DNA of 63,910 nucleotides, filler included, from Reticulomyxa filosa (taxonomy: Eukaryota; Protista; Foraminifera): assembly GCA_000512085.1 (NCBI GenBank). It is 12 parts of 12 records of this genome, joined end to end, with 100 filler letters (N's around TTAATTAATTAA, not from the genome) between each part and the next. Parts side by side here need not be neighbours in the genome. Positions count along the whole stretch, not along the records: positions 1 to 13,876 come from ASPP01009838.1; 11 more parts are not named here. The stretch is one strand, 5' to 3'. A model generated the notes under the pieces. It had not been told where the DNA came from and did no database searches. It saw only the letters and a list, made by a program, of their open reading frames with translations. Positions 1 to 13,976 of the stretch are shown piece after piece. A program made the translations under genes and the position numbers. Each line of letters opens with the position of its first letter. Position 1 is the stretch's first letter.

Positions 1-2697
1 TGTAGAGGAATACATCTGTATGTAATTGTCACAACAATTTTTTTTTTTTTTTTTTAAAAAAGGCATGGCTAAATGGGACGTTAGTGCCAAAGCTTTTTAC
101 TTTAAGCACATTCTTGATAAAAGGCATTGGATTAAGTTTCAGTGTGGCGTCGTCGTTGGCAGTGGGAAAAGAAGGCCCGATGGTGCATATTGGGTCCGCG
201 ATTGCGAGTGGTGTCACCTTGGGTTCCAAGAGGCCATTGCAAGTTGACATCAAAGCAGGCTACTCTTTTCGAAATGACGCCGACGCGCGTGATTTCATTT
301 CTGCTGGTGCTGCTGCCGGAGTTGCTGCAGGATTTAGCGGTTTGTTTTGTTGTTGTTGTTGTTGTTGTTATGATGTGAGCTGTATCCCCATTCGTTTGCT
401 CCAAAAAAAAAAAACAACAAAACAGAAGACAATGATAATTGAATGATGTTGTTACAGCACCGATTGGAGGGATGCTATTTGCACTAGAAGAGGTATCCTC
501 CTTTTGGCAACCCGGATTGACTTGGAGAGCTTTCTTTGCTGCAACAACTTCCAACTTGGTGTTGCAGTTGTTATTGGGTTGCTACAATGGCGAATGTGGA
601 TCTTTTTCCAAAAGCAGTTTAGTTTTCACAACATATATATTATATATGTGTATATGTATATATGTAATTTTTTTTTTGTTTGAAAGTAGAGATGATTACA
701 ATACCACCTGTATGATACAATTACACATAGGTCTGATCGATTTCGAAAATTCAGATTCCTCCTCTACACTGGGAAGTTTAACTATGCTGATTTGGGATTT
801 TTCTTGTTAGTTGGCGTGGTCGGTGGTATTATTGGGATTATGTTTAATACAATCAATATGCGCATATTGCGCTGGCGCAAGGCGCACGTAACTGACAAAT
901 GGAGAAAAATTGCCGAAGCAATGGCCATCTCATTAATAACTTCAATTCTCATTTTAGGAATTCCGCTGTTTTTCAGTTGCCAATCCGGATCTGTCATTGA
1001 AAACACGTGCTCGGATTATAACAGCGAAGACTCACGTTGTCGAAGCTTGGTCACCTTTGGTCGATTTACTTGTCCCGAAGGTCATTACAATCCGGCAGGT
1101 ATTAATGTTGATCAATATTGCATATATGTATATGTACATACGGGCTATACATAAATAAATGTGCGAATGACAACACTACAACAACTACTAAAGCATCGCT
1201 ATTATTTGGAAAATCAGAAAGTATAATTAGCGGATTGTTTCATCGTAATAGCGAACACTGGTTCCCATTGGGGGAAGTGTTTCTTTTTTTGATAGTGTAT
1301 TATGCAATGGTTCTTTTGGCTTGTGGCATTGCCGTGCCTGCTGGTTTGTTTATCCCTCTCATTCTAATTGGCGCTGCTTTGGGACACGGCATGGGACAGG
1401 CTTACAATAAAGTATTTGGACTGAGCTTGGATATTGGAGTTTACGCTTTGCTTGGTTCTGCTGGAGTATTGGGAGGAGTAACTCGAATGACCATGTCAGT
1501 CTGTCTAAGTCCCATCGTACATCTTTGTGTGTGTGTTCGCACATCCCACATTCATGTAACACGACAATACATGTTTCCTACGTTTTGATTGGTCTTACAG
1601 ATCGTTGACAGCCATATTATTGGAGATAACAAATGATATATACTATTTGATGCCTATCATGATAGTCGTGATGGTATCCAAATGGATAGGAGATCGCTTC
1701 AACAGTGCCTTGTACGACAGTCACGTTGCATTAAAAAATATGCCGTATTTGGAGGCCAAATTACCTTCTTGGGTACCCACATACATCGCTGCACACGACA
1801 TTATGAATCCAAGTGTAATATCGCTGCCAGCCATCTGCTCACTCCGCGTACTTTTGCAAGTGATTAACGACAGATCACATCAACACAGTGCATTTGCAGT
1901 ATTGGAAGGGCCAGCAGTGCAGCCGAAAGAACTAATGAAAATGAATAACAAGTACACACAACGTTCTGGAACATTTGCAGGAATGGTCCTTCGTTGGCAT
2001 ATTTTGATCCTGCTATATAACAAACACTATGGCACTCCAGAAAAATTATTAAAGTTTACACGAAAAAATATTCTAACCCAAGCTCAAATGACAGATCGGA
2101 CGTGGAAACAAGTTTGTTTTTTTAATTTTTTAAAAAGTGCACGCGCGCTTGTCTATACGGAGGTCACAACAAAACTTGATTTACACTACTCATCACGTAC
2201 AGAAAATGCATGTGACGTTGGAGGAATTGAGTGTAAAAGAATATGAATTGGATATGATGTATATTGATTTATCTCCTTACATTTACTTGTCTCCAATAAC
2301 AGTCAGTCCACACACACCTATCAATATTGTCTACAACATATTTCGAGGGTTGGCCATGAGACACTTGGTCTGCTTGGACGAGAATGAAAAAATTGCTGGC
2401 GTTATTACATGCCATGAATTGATTGAGTCGAACTTGGAAGAGGTTGTGAAACGAATTCATCAGTTATTTGATTTAAGTGGTGATTCCAATGAAATGTTCG
2501 AACAAAGACTACGATTTTTGAAAAATTATGACACTTTCCTTTTGTCTTCCGGAAATAAATGGTTAAACGATGTTGATCACTCTTTCGATAACCGTATCCG
2601 ACATCTTTCCCAGGACCAAAACCCGCCAGCTGAAAAAGTAAAAACGATCAAGAATGATGAATATACTTTGCTTCCTGACGCTGAAGAGTTTGATTAA
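1..2697 (+). CDS. CLC chloride channel/Cl-/H+ exchanger (CLC-6/7-like) with C-terminal CBS domains; multi-exon, 5' end outside window
   Basis: CLC motifs [53 protein letters not shown] and ALYD, followed by CBS-like segments (DIMNPSV; FRGLAMRHL). GT-AG introns at e.g. 340-457 and 617-730 restore the frame. One apparent 1-nt frameshift near 778. Confidence 0.95.
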
Positions 2698-3323
2698 TTT
2701 GTTTTCTAACTTTTTGTTTGCTTTGCCTTCTTTTTTCTCTTTGAAAACGTTTGCATAAAGGCATATAAAACTCGCATCACCTTCAACGATCCTGAATAAC
2801 ACCCGCAAAAAAAGGGATGGATGTCTTTTTTCATTGTAAGGTCACTGTAAAACGAGAGAGTCCTACTGATTAGTGCAACACTTCAAGGAAATTTTGGAAC
2901 TTTTTACTTTCCTAAGCTCATTTTCAAAAGTGTGATGGGATTAATCGTATGTACGGATAAACAGATAACTATTTGATACCTGTGGCTCATTGCAAAAAAT
3001 TGATAATTTTGTAAAAGTTAAAATTAGTTTTTCTCCAGTAATGTAAGTAAATGATACTCTCGAACAAATTGAAATACAATAAATTCGCCCAAAGCCATTG
3101 TTGTCATTTTAATCATTGGAATAATCACATATAATAAACACGATGGATATCATGCCAGCAAATACAATATAAAGCAAAAAAACATTGGATGAAATACTCC
3201 TCACGTTCAAATCTCTTAACAAGATGATCAATTGCATTGTTTACATTGGCAGCTACAAACTACAATCGTCCTGGTTTGAGAAAAGTTTTTTCAACAGAGC
3301 AAAATTTTAAAAAATAAAAAGGA

Positions 3324-4120
3324 ATGACAGGAATCAATAATGAAAGTGATGCTGTGTACTTAGATTTAGGAGCACAAACAAAGCCAATTGAGAACTTGCA
3401 GCCAAATTCAGACTCAACTCTACAACATGAAACATTGGACTCTGCAGGCACAAAAGGCTCAACAAAACCAGTTGAGTTGTCCACAAGAAAAATATCGCAA
3501 GAAAAGCAGATACATTTTTTGAATGTCTGCAACGCAAAAACAGGGAACGCTTGAGCAAAATCCCAAAGCCGAGAGAGAAGCTGTAATTCTGACAAAATTG
3601 GAGAATAAACAGTGTTGTGGATATTTTGATTACCCCAAGGGTGTCAGTTTCGAACTACTTTTCGTGTTGTTTGATATTGGTTTTTTTATGTACACTAAAA
3701 AAAGTTGAGATCGAAACGATTTATTACACACGATGAAATCCAGAAATATTGACAGGATTACAAGTATTTATATGGTTCATGTGGAGCGTTATTATGACAG
3801 CAATAGATAATATGTGGTGGTTATGGTTGTTTACGTTGCTTGCGATCGCAATGTGCTATTATGGGTACATGGGCGCGCACAATTTGAACGAACAATATCT
3901 TCGATTTTATCTCTATTACTTAATTTGCATGTCGCTTTCGTATTTGGCTATGATTTTTGTTTTTGCAGATAATGGATATGATGGGGCTGTTGGTGCGTCG
4001 CTTATTATGTTAATTGTTTTGCTCTACTGGTGTTATGTTGTCAGAAATTTTGCTCGTATTATTCACAAAGCTGACTATGGGTTTAGTCGTCTTTTGTTAC
4101 ATCATCAGCTTGGCCAATAA
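3324..4120 (+). CDS. Small multi-pass (about 4 TM) membrane protein, uncharacterised
   Basis: Intron 3641-3755 (GT..AG) joins KQCCGYFDYPK to GLQVFIWFMW, followed by four hydrophobic helices. Apparent frameshift around 3515-3545. Confidence 0.6.
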
Positions 4121-5782
4121 GGGTCTTTTGGTTTTTTTGTCATTACAATTGTTTTGGTGCTCTAGCGACCAACCATATGCAAGACAACGATCACTGAAAT
4201 TACTTTTTTTAAGGTTATATTGTTGAAATTCTTAATAATTATATTTGAAGTGCTAAAGGTACTTTTTTCCCACGGAATACATCTCAAGTCCTTCTTTCGG
4301 CAAAATATAAATAGATTGTGTCGTCAAAAATAACATTTAAAAAGCGCTGAAGTATATTTGAAAAAAATAAATAATTATATACTACATAAAACTTTAAAAA
4401 ATTAATCACAATTATTCTGTGCAAGATTCAACTTAATGAAAGAAAACAAAGAAATTCAATTCATTCTGCAAGAGAAACGTCCTCAAAATAATAAATCATG
4501 ACACAATAATTATGGCGGAGCTACCCAGTTTGATCCTTTAGAAAAAGTTGTCAAATTTCGTATCTCGTGCAACCTTTTTCTCAAACATTTCAAAAATTTG
4601 AATCTTTATTAATTTTGTAAGCATCGAAAATATGAAATACCAAGCCATATTTGAAAACTATATGATTTGTATATTGGTTAACGTTGTTTTTTAGAGAATA
4701 TATGATATCTTTACGATGTGCGAGTTTTCGTGCTCACAAAAATTTACCACACGAACTGCAGACGAAACAAAGTGAATTTATGAAATAACATAACAAATAA
4801 AGACGATGTAAATTATAGTTACTTTCATTTTTGATTTAGATTAATATTACAATTTTGTTTTCAATTTCTTTGGATTTACGCTGTTTTTTGTTTTTATACT
4901 TGATGTCAATTTATGGAGAAGTGTAGTGATACTACTGTATGGCAAGTCCACACTATATACTACTGAACTCTGGAAGAGTTTAGGAGCAAACAGTAGGTTA
5001 GACTTCTCACAAGCTTTCTTCAACCTTTCTTTTATAGAATCATTCATCTTTTATTTGTTTAATTTACTTTTGTTTTGCCGGTTTTCGTATACATTTAGTG
5101 TAGTCTCTTATCAGCAGCAGACGTCACTACTTACGTCATAATGTAGTCATGATGAATCAAATTTCATCTTTCTTTTAATTTAACTTAACAAAGACTATTT
5201 TCACTTTTCTTAAAACTATCTTTCCCGCTCCAGATTATACAAAAGTTTAATCTGTTGTACGTAATTAAAAAAATGAATTGTTTTTGGCTTTGCGATTTAC
5301 TTAATGCAGATCAGCTGAAATCTCTGAAGACAATCTCCTCTTCTGATAGCAACATACAGCTAGTGACAAAGTGCTTCATGTCTTAAAAGAAAAATTTGTT
5401 TTTACTGTTTCGACATTTCACTTTTGGAATAAAAGTATGTGGCAATATTCGATACACATGTGGTCATTTGAACGATCAAGTATAAAGGCATTTGAATATG
5501 TTTTGAATTTTTTTTGTCATTGTTGATAACATTGAAAAATACACTGTAATTCTGTTACGGACTTGCTTTTTTTTATTGAATTGTTATGTATTTTTTCGTT
5601 ATGTTATCAATTCTGTCATGAAAAAAATGATATCATAAAACTGTAAATCAATTTTCTTTTTGAAAGATCAAACGATAATGATTTTGTAAAAATAAAAAAA
5701 AGTGTGACTAATGTTACATAAATAGTGTACAAACGCAAAATTTATATGTGAATAATAATGATTAATTAAAAAAAAATACATC

Positions 5783-5893
5783 AATAAAATGCCCTTGACT
5801 TGGGTAACAATTGGGTGTATTTTCAGATAATAAGCATAAATTTAAATTTTAATTATACTTCACAATTTCATCACACTCAACACACTTTTTATA
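5783..5893. repeat. Dispersed repeat copy; inverted relative to 13486-13578
   Basis: AATAAAATGCCCTTGACTTGGGTAACAA (5783-5810) matches the reverse complement of 13551-13578 at 25/28 nt, with a second similar block (TCATCACA..AACAC..TTTTTATA) nearby. Confidence 0.55.
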
Positions 5894-6367
5894 GCATTTC
5901 TTATATTTGAAAATTTTTTTGAAGAAATAGCAATATCTTCAATAATGGTACATAACAGTTGACAATGTAAGTATATTTTACTGTTGATATGCTAGACATG
6001 ATGCTATTGCTCTGCATTTGAAAAACTAAAATGTGTAACAACATTTGGGAGCACGTGTTCATCGGATTTAAATATCTTTTTTGATTTCGGTTCAACAATG
6101 AGACAATGAGCTGACAGGTAAACACAAGGAAATGAGCTGTGAGTTAACACTCAAAAAAAATTGTCTGAAAGGTTAAATTGTCGAAAAAATATAGTTGAAG
6201 GGAAATCTGATTGGAAGAGAGTTTTTGGCTATTTATTTGATATCAAATTTGCAGAAAAATTTGTGAAATCGATTTTCACTTGCAGAAAATACGCTCTGAC
6301 GGACTGCATTGTGAAATTTAAGAAAAAAAGAAATGAAAATATGTTACTCGCATAATGTGGGATCAAT

Positions 6368-8984
6368 TCAGTCCGAAGAACATGAATATGACCGCTCACG
6401 TTTTGGTTTGATAACATTCGGTTGATGATTTTCAGCATCACCTTCACCGTTTTGGTGTTGGATTGAATTATCACGATATTTTTTATTCGTCTCTTTATCT
6501 GTTTCAATATTTTTTTCTTTCCTTTTTCCTCGCTCCTTTTGTTTGTTGTGTTTCTTTATTTCTCTGTCTTTTTCTTTTTCCCTTTCGTGTTCCCTGTCTT
6601 TTTTTTCTTTTGTTTTAGTATCGCTCTTCTTGTTACTCTTTGAAGAGCCAGTGGAGCTTGATTCATCACTTTTACTTCGAGAATGATCGCGGCTGCGACT
6701 GTGGCTATGGCTGCGATTTCGACTGTGATGTTTGTTCGACTTCCGATGTGATGACTTTTTGGAATGCTTTTGTTTGTGATTTTTGGATTTTTCATGTCTA
6801 TGCTTATCTTTTTTTCGACTTGTGTTGTGAAATTCAGTGTCCAAATCATGCTTGACAGGAAACACTGGTGCTGGAAAGGTATATGGTGAAAGTGAGGAAG
6901 AGGCACCATCTCGTCCAGCGACATAGCCAGCAGGAACAAGATGAACGTACTGTCCAGGCTTGCCAGGCACTTCCATTAAAGGAAATGACTTCAGCATTCT
7001 AGGATAGTTTTGTCCTGGTCTCGTGGAATGAACTTCAGGGGTATAAGGAGGAAATTGATTCAACGGCATCACATAAGGAGGAGGTAATTCGCCCACGTGC
7101 ACTGTTGATCCATAGTCGAGTCCTGGGTTAACACCTCTGGCATGAGGCCGAGAGCCATCCAAATAAGAATCAGACATTTGCACGTGTGGGTCATCTCTGC
7201 ACCAGCTAATATCCATTCTCTGTAATGAAACAACAAAGACTTAATACTACAAAACTGAATCAAGTGTTGTGGCAATGATAATGTAAATAGACACATATGC
7301 ATATAACGCATTTATGTCAATATAGCATATGTGCCATATGTACCATATGCAACTGTGTAAATACATATTGCATACTTGTCCTAACAGTTTTTTTCCTTGT
7401 TCTCCACGAATAGCCAACTCGGCATCTCCTGAATTCCCAAATTCAATAAAGGCAAATCCTCGGGACTTGCCAGTCGGTCTTATTTTGGGAATTCTCACAT
7501 CAGTGACTTTGCCATACTTTCCAAATCTATCTTTCAAGTCCTCTTCTGTTATGTCATGATTCAAATTGCCAATAAACAATGAGCGCGCATTGGCATGTTC
7601 TGTTTCGCCATTCATCAACTGTTTGATCACCTTATTGTTATTATTATTATTTTTTTAATTAAAAAAAAAGCAAGTGTTGTTGTTGTTGTCCAATGATTTA
7701 AACTTCAAAATCAAATTAAAAAAAAAAATAAAAAAATAATAATAATAAAAATGAGCTTATTATTGAATTAAACTTTGGACTTTGCTTCAGAGGCGATATT
7801 GACCCATAACTTGCATCCACCCAAGGTAGTGCCATTCAAATGATCGATGGCTTTCTCAGCGCGATAATAGGACTCATAGACCACAAAGGCGTGTCCATTG
7901 CGCAAGTGCAAGGCCATGTACGGCCCTCCACATTTGCGAATGTGATAACGGATATCAGAGATGGTGGAATCGCGTGATAAATTTCCAATGTAAACGACAG
8001 TGGTGTTTGCGGACAAAGCGCATTCGATAAGATTTCCATGCAACACCAAATCTGAAGATCCACTATCGCGAAGGGCCTGCTTTTGCGCTGTTTTACTTGT
8101 AAAGTTCACAAAGCCAAAACACTTGTTTGTCGGATTATTTTTTTTACGAATGACTTTGGCCGAATACACGGAGCCATATTTGGCAAACAGTTGCAATAAT
8201 TCCTCGTCTGTACAAGAACGTGTCAAATTCTTCACAAAAATACTGTACGTGGGAACACTGGCCCCTCGCAGGGCATTTGCATATGAGGAATCACCTACTT
8301 CCGTTGTAGCACTATTGTCTAAGTTGGATTACAACACAAACATTTCTTTGTCTTCATTCTCTTGGCCATTGTTTTTCTTTTTTTCTAAACAAACAAAAAT
8401 ACGAAACGCCCACGTTTTTTGTGATGCTTTGATCGACTGCGAGATCTCGATTTACTTTTTGATTTGCTTTTGCTTTTGGATTTTGCCTTTGAATGGCTGC
8501 CAATACTACTTTTACTCTTACTCTTACTTTTGCTCTTACTTTTGCTTTTGCTTTTTCGATTGCTCTTTTGACTTGATTTTGACACTTTGGAGGATTGCGA
8601 CCGTTGTGATCCACCTGATCGTTCACTGTTTGATCGACTGCGGCTTTTCCGCAATTTCTATGTTTGTTTGTTTTTTTTTTTTGGTTTAAAAAAAAGGGAA
8701 GATTGAGTTTCCTTTTATCCCAACTTTGGAAAATCGCAACAACATGAAAACCTAAATAAAAGATTTTTTGTTAACTGTTTTAGTCGTACTTTGCGGACTA
8801 TTGGCTTGATTTCTGTTTTCTCTGCCCAAAAAAAAAATTTGTAAGAGGGATGTTTACATTATTGCAAAGAAGGGGGAAGGGAAAAAAAAAAACTCAACGC
8901 CTTGGAGATAATGGGGTTGGGAAGTATTTGATCCTTTTGGATGCTTGGCGTAGAAATATCGTCCTTGTTGTCTGTGCGTTTCAT
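6368..8984 (-). CDS. SR-like RNA-binding protein with three RRM domains, multi-exon
   Basis: RRM1 IFVKNL...KCFGFVNF, RRM2 VYIGNL...GHAFVVY, RRM3 LFIGNL...SRGFAFIEF. N-terminal (SK)n/RS repeats and a basic Ser/Arg/Lys C-terminal tail. The start ATG at 8984 is tentative. Confidence 0.85.
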
Positions 8985-9789
8985 TTGTCAGTTAAAAAAG
9001 TGTGTTGTGTAACACACTTTATGCGAAAGCGCAAAGTAAAAGAATAAAGACAGCAGAGAGAGAGGAGAGAAAAGGAAAAGCGGTTTTCTTGTCAAAATTA
9101 CTTTTGTGATATCTCATTGTATGAGATGTATTGTTTATTTTTATTTGTTTGTTTTTGTTTATTTGTTTTTGTTTTGTTTGTGTTTGTTTGTTTGTTTGTT
9201 TGCATCTGAAATTGATCGTTTTTATTTTGTGTTGTGTTTGTTTGTTTTTATGGTCCTTGTGTTTACTCTTTGTTTGCTTCTTATTCTATTTGTTTTTACT
9301 GTTTCTAATGTACTTGGAGTTTCTCTTGTCTCATCAAAACCTCTGTTCTTTGAGCGGCACGGTACTGTTGTCAAGTGGTTGTTTGAAGAGTGTCTCTCTT
9401 CCCTTACTTCTGTTGCCAATTGATTTTGCAAAAAAAGGTTGTGTTGTTTGTTTATTTTTTCTCCCTCTCTCTATCCTCTTTTCTGAGCATTTTCTACGCT
9501 TTCTTTACCTGGAGGCTCCTCGTTTATTTTGATTGTTGAATTTTCTAACATCTTCGACATTTTTTTTCTTATTTTGGGGAAAATAACCGAACTTAAAAAA
9601 ATTTAACGAAACAACTCTACAAACGTTAAATATTAAAATAATTTGGATTCGTTGAACAAAACATTCAAAAAAATCCGCCATAATCGATTGAAAAAAGACT
9701 ATAAGATAGGATTTGGCCATTGATACAGCAATTTTTAAAACAACAATTATATCAACATAATAGTAAAAGGCAAAAGATTGAATCTAAAG

Positions 9790-12430
9790 CCATCAATTAG
9801 AAAAAATAGTTAAAAATAATGAAGAAGATGAAAGAGCAGATAAAGAAAATTATACAAAATGCAAGTTAAACGAAGAAAAAAAGAATGATGAAGTAAATGA
9901 ATATAATGTTTGGAAAAAAAGCAGAAAAATCAGACGACAATATTTTTGCAATAATTTTCCAACATTAGTCATTACTCCTGTCAAAGGAAGGATGCTGCTA
10001 TCTGCACTGTCTTTAATTCGTTTTATGAATATAGACTCAAAGTATATCAGGCCAAAAATAAAAGCGCATACACACTAAGAAAGTTGGAGAACTCTTTATG
10101 TTCATTTGTCCAAAAGTGTTCGAAATTCAGATCTAGAAGAAATTTCCAATCGATTTAATGACATGCACAGTAAAGAACTTGTTCAAAATCTTTCTAAAGA
10201 TGATGATAAAGTGCAATTTATAACACCGAAATGCTGCATATTTCAAAAATCATATCAAGAAGAATCAAAAAAGAAGAGTATTGAAGATTTGAACAATCTA
10301 AATTTGAATCGTTATGTTCTCATTAAAAATATAACATACTTGAATCAGAAAAAGAAATACTTGAATTTCTTGCGGAATATAAATATAATGTCCAAGAAAT
10401 TCAACGTTTCAAATGACTTACTATAGTAAAAGTGTTAATGTCATCAGCTGAAGAGGTAAAACGCATTCTAAACGATAATAATATTTTTATTGGATATCAA
10501 CAAGGGAAATGTGAAATGTTGACCAAAATCGTTGTCGTCCAAGGAAATCATTCAAACAATGTCGAAAATGTTATGGTTTAAATCATATTGCAAATGATTG
10601 TAATAAAAAACCAATATGCAAGTATTGTGGAAGCATTGTCAGTTCTACTAAATGTAAGTTTAAAAAATCACCAAAAAATATCAATGTGTTTTATGTAAAG
10701 GCAGTCATAGAGTGATTCATTGATTTGTCCAAATACTAAAGATAATAGACAAAAACTTGGAATTTCATTTACAAGGCGTGAAAATGAAATCATTTATAGA
10801 AAAATGAATCAAAACAACAATCAAAATCAAAAAGATAACAACTATGCTGTAAAAATTAAGACAATCCAAACAAACATATACATAAGCAAAAATGTATTCA
10901 AATCAAAAAAATAATCACAAAAAAGAATCAAATGATAAATTGGAGCATATAAATAACTTTGGAGCCCAAAATCAAAACAAAAATGCCAACGAAAAAGATA
11001 ATACAAATAATTATTAATATACTAGCTATTAAAATGATTAAAGGTCTGCTCTTCGTGCAGAAGTTGCAAGCTTAAAAACTACAGTTGAAAAATTAAATAT
11101 GTTCATTGACAAAATGATGCCACTAATCGAACAGAAATCAAAGTTTGAAGTCACTACGTTTTCAAATTTAGAAATATGGACAAGTACATTAACGGACAAA
11201 CTCAAAAAATTCTTCAGATGTTCTAGATCAAGCAGTGGAATCTTGGAATCGGTATGTTGTCGATACAATGAAAGTTACAATCGGACAAAAAATTAGCTGG
11301 AAAGGAAACAAGCCTTGGTGAATTAATAAACTAAATAAAAGACTCAAGAAATTGCATCAATTGAAAAGAAATTTTAGAAAATATAGAACATCAGAAATTG
11401 CGAAAGGTACAAAGAAAAAGCTCGATCATTTAAATGTATTCTTCAATGCAAAAAACAAATGTACATTACAAAAAGTATAGGGCCATTACATGAAGGAAAC
11501 ACAAGGCAAATGTTCAGCCAGTTTAGGTCCTTGAATTCAAATAAAATTGAAATAATTCTGTCATTGATAATTCCAAAAAAGCTGGAGTTACATACTCAAT
11601 TGCTGAAACTGATATCGATAAAGCAAATCTTTTAGCTAACTGGTTTGCTCAACCACCACATCCATCAAAATCATCAAATGAAGGTAATGAACACTATGAA
11701 TATGTCAAAGATAAAATTTGTTCAGTTGTTCAAATGTCAAAAGAAGCTGAATTAAGTGAATATTACTTTGACGTATGCATGGTATCAATAGGAGATCACT
11801 GAAGAAGTAACTGAAGCTATAAGACATTTATCTGCATATAAATCACAAAGCAATGATAATATTCACAATTTGATGCTGAAAAATAGTGGACAAAGTTTGA
11901 TCATTTACTAGTATTACTTTTTGAATGGAGCTACAAAATTAGTTATTTTCCAAAGGCATGGAAAATAGCAAATTTGTTGTAATACTTAAACCAGATCTTG
12001 ATCCAACAATTTGTAAAAATTATAGTTCAATGCTGCTGTACTAGATATTTCGTCAGCATACTATAGTGTTTGGCGTGATTGTTCAAGATATAAAATGATA
12101 AATAAATTTAATCTTCGTTGTAGACATATTGTTGGATTGACAGTTTTCTGTCTGAAAGATTATGACATGTTGTCCTAAATGGAGTTAGTTCACCAATATA
12201 TAACTTCAACACAGGATTACCTCAAGGGTCAATATTATTGTTTCTACTTTACATTAATGATATTTCATATGAAGTCTATGTACCAATTCAATGTGGAATG
12301 TTTGCGGATGACGTAGCACTGTGGGCATCAATTAATACACCAAAGATGACAGAAATTAACAATCAATTGCAATTACTCCAACAAAGCCTTGATGTGATTA
12401 CATTATGGTCATCAAAATGGAAGATAGTGG
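9790..12430 (+). mobile_element. Degenerate non-LTR (LINE, Jockey/I/RTE-like) retrotransposon: gag-like ORF1 and reverse transcriptase remnants
   Basis: Zinc knuckle CRKCYGLNHIANDC (CX2CX4HX4C, 10560-10601) plus two decayed knuckles. RT-region blocks DNIHNLMLKN, FPKAWKIA, LDISSAY.SVW, WIDSFLSER, GLPQGS, LFLLYIND and MFADD. Many stops, frameshifts and internal deletions. Confidence 0.85.
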
Positions 12431-13485
12431 AGCCAACATTTGCACCAATCTCAAGCAAAAACAACGAAAGCAGGTAAAACTAGAATCGACAACTAACTAA
12501 AACCAGGGCACATACAAAGTTCGAGTAAGTGACAGCAATCACCAGCGACTATAAGGGAAAAATTTATTTTCTTTTTTAGAAATTTGTCGAAGTTGTGGTT
12601 GTGATAATTTGTACGCTTTTCTTTCGTTTCTTGTCTTAGTGCCATGTCCTTTTGGACCAGGTACGGTAAACTTGTTCTGGCTGCAGAGAGGATAGTTTTT
12701 GTGGTTAGGTGCGTCATTTTTTTTTAAGAGCATCAATCACAATTACTCTGCGCAAGTGAAAAAAAAAAGTTGTAATTTTTAAGTTCAGTACAAAAGGATG
12801 AAACATGATGAAAAAATATAAATTCGACTTGATAACGTTAAATTATGAGCATCTTCAACCAGCTTGTGAAACAAATGAGCATTAATTTTTCTTGTTTTAT
12901 TTTTTTGAACAAAAAAACTAAACTACTAGCTATTTGTAGAGAAAGATAAATTGAAATTATTTCATTGTGAGAAAATATTGTTTAATTAAATTAAATCAGT
13001 TTTTGCAAAAAAAACGTGTTATCTGTATAATTAATTTTCGATTTGCAACAATAGATCATTCATCTTGAAATAAATTCTCAATAAGATATTTTTATCATGA
13101 TAGCATTTTTAATACTTGAATGGTATATATGTATATATATTGATTGACTTATGTTGATAATTTGATTCCACAGAAATAATAGTAAATGATATTTGTTTAT
13201 TTATTTCATGTTGAAGCAAATTCGTAGCTAAAATTTGCATTAATTGAATAAAAAATATTTAATATAGTTATTTCAGTTTTGTGTAAACATAAAGTGTTGT
13301 GTTGATTTATAATTGCTCTTCTATCAATTGATATCATTCAATACAAATGAAATAATTAAAACAAAAAATTTCATTAAGCATATGAAAAATTATATTTATT
13401 GAATGCAATTACAATATTTTATTTTTTGACATAAATTTCGTTAACAAGACTAATAAATTTTCAAATGAAAATATTATTAATTTTA

Positions 13486-13578
13486 TTATAAAAATTGTGT
13501 TAGATGTGATGATATTGAAAGATATAATTAAAAATTAAAAATTATGATTATTATTGCCCAAGTCAAGGGTATTTTATT
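13486..13578. repeat. Dispersed repeat copy; inverted relative to 5783-5893
   Basis: TTATTGCCCAAGTCAAGGGTATTTTATT at 13551-13578 is the reverse-complement match of 5783-5810. Confidence 0.55.
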
Positions 13579-13876
13579 CAAAATAATAATAATTTTTGTT
13601 TAAAGAAAAATATTAATAGACATGAACTACAGTAAGATAAAAAAGAAAGTTGTCACATTATAGAGATGATTGTGTTTCTCCATGAAAAAACAACATTTAA
13701 TCCAAATTTTTTTTTTTTATTTAAAAAAAATATCTACGAATCGTGTAGTTTTTTAAATATCATTTTGGTTTTTTAATAAGTCTTTCTAATTTTTTCAAAA
13801 ATTTTATTCTTTCATTTACTTTAAAAAAAATATTTTGCGGTGCCTGATTGTGATAAGATTTGTTTTTTAGAATTTA

Positions 13877-13976
13877 NNNNNNNNNNNNNNNNNNNNNNNN
13901 NNNNNNNNNNNNNNNNNNNNTTAATTAATTAANNNNNNNNNNNNNNNNNNNNNNNNNNNNNNNNNNNNNNNNNNNN
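13877..13976. other. Artificial assembly spacer (44N-TTAATTAATTAA-44N), first of 11
   Basis: The same spacer, with stops in all six frames, occurs at 15128, 19131, 20856, 22538, 27021, 32049, 43117, 49455, 50678 and 55075. Confidence 0.98.

Noticed and set aside
9106-9532. Hydrophobic F/L/V/C-rich ORFs (also 30490-31173, 43393-43818, 51656-52525)
   Set aside because: These are translations of T-rich low-complexity UTR, intron or intergenic sequence.
13921-13932. Repeated TTAATTAATTAA as a biological repeat or CRISPR-like array
   Set aside because: It is flanked by 44 Ns on each side at all 11 gaps, so it is an assembly linker. The similar TAAT run at about 59943-59959 is an intronic microsatellite.
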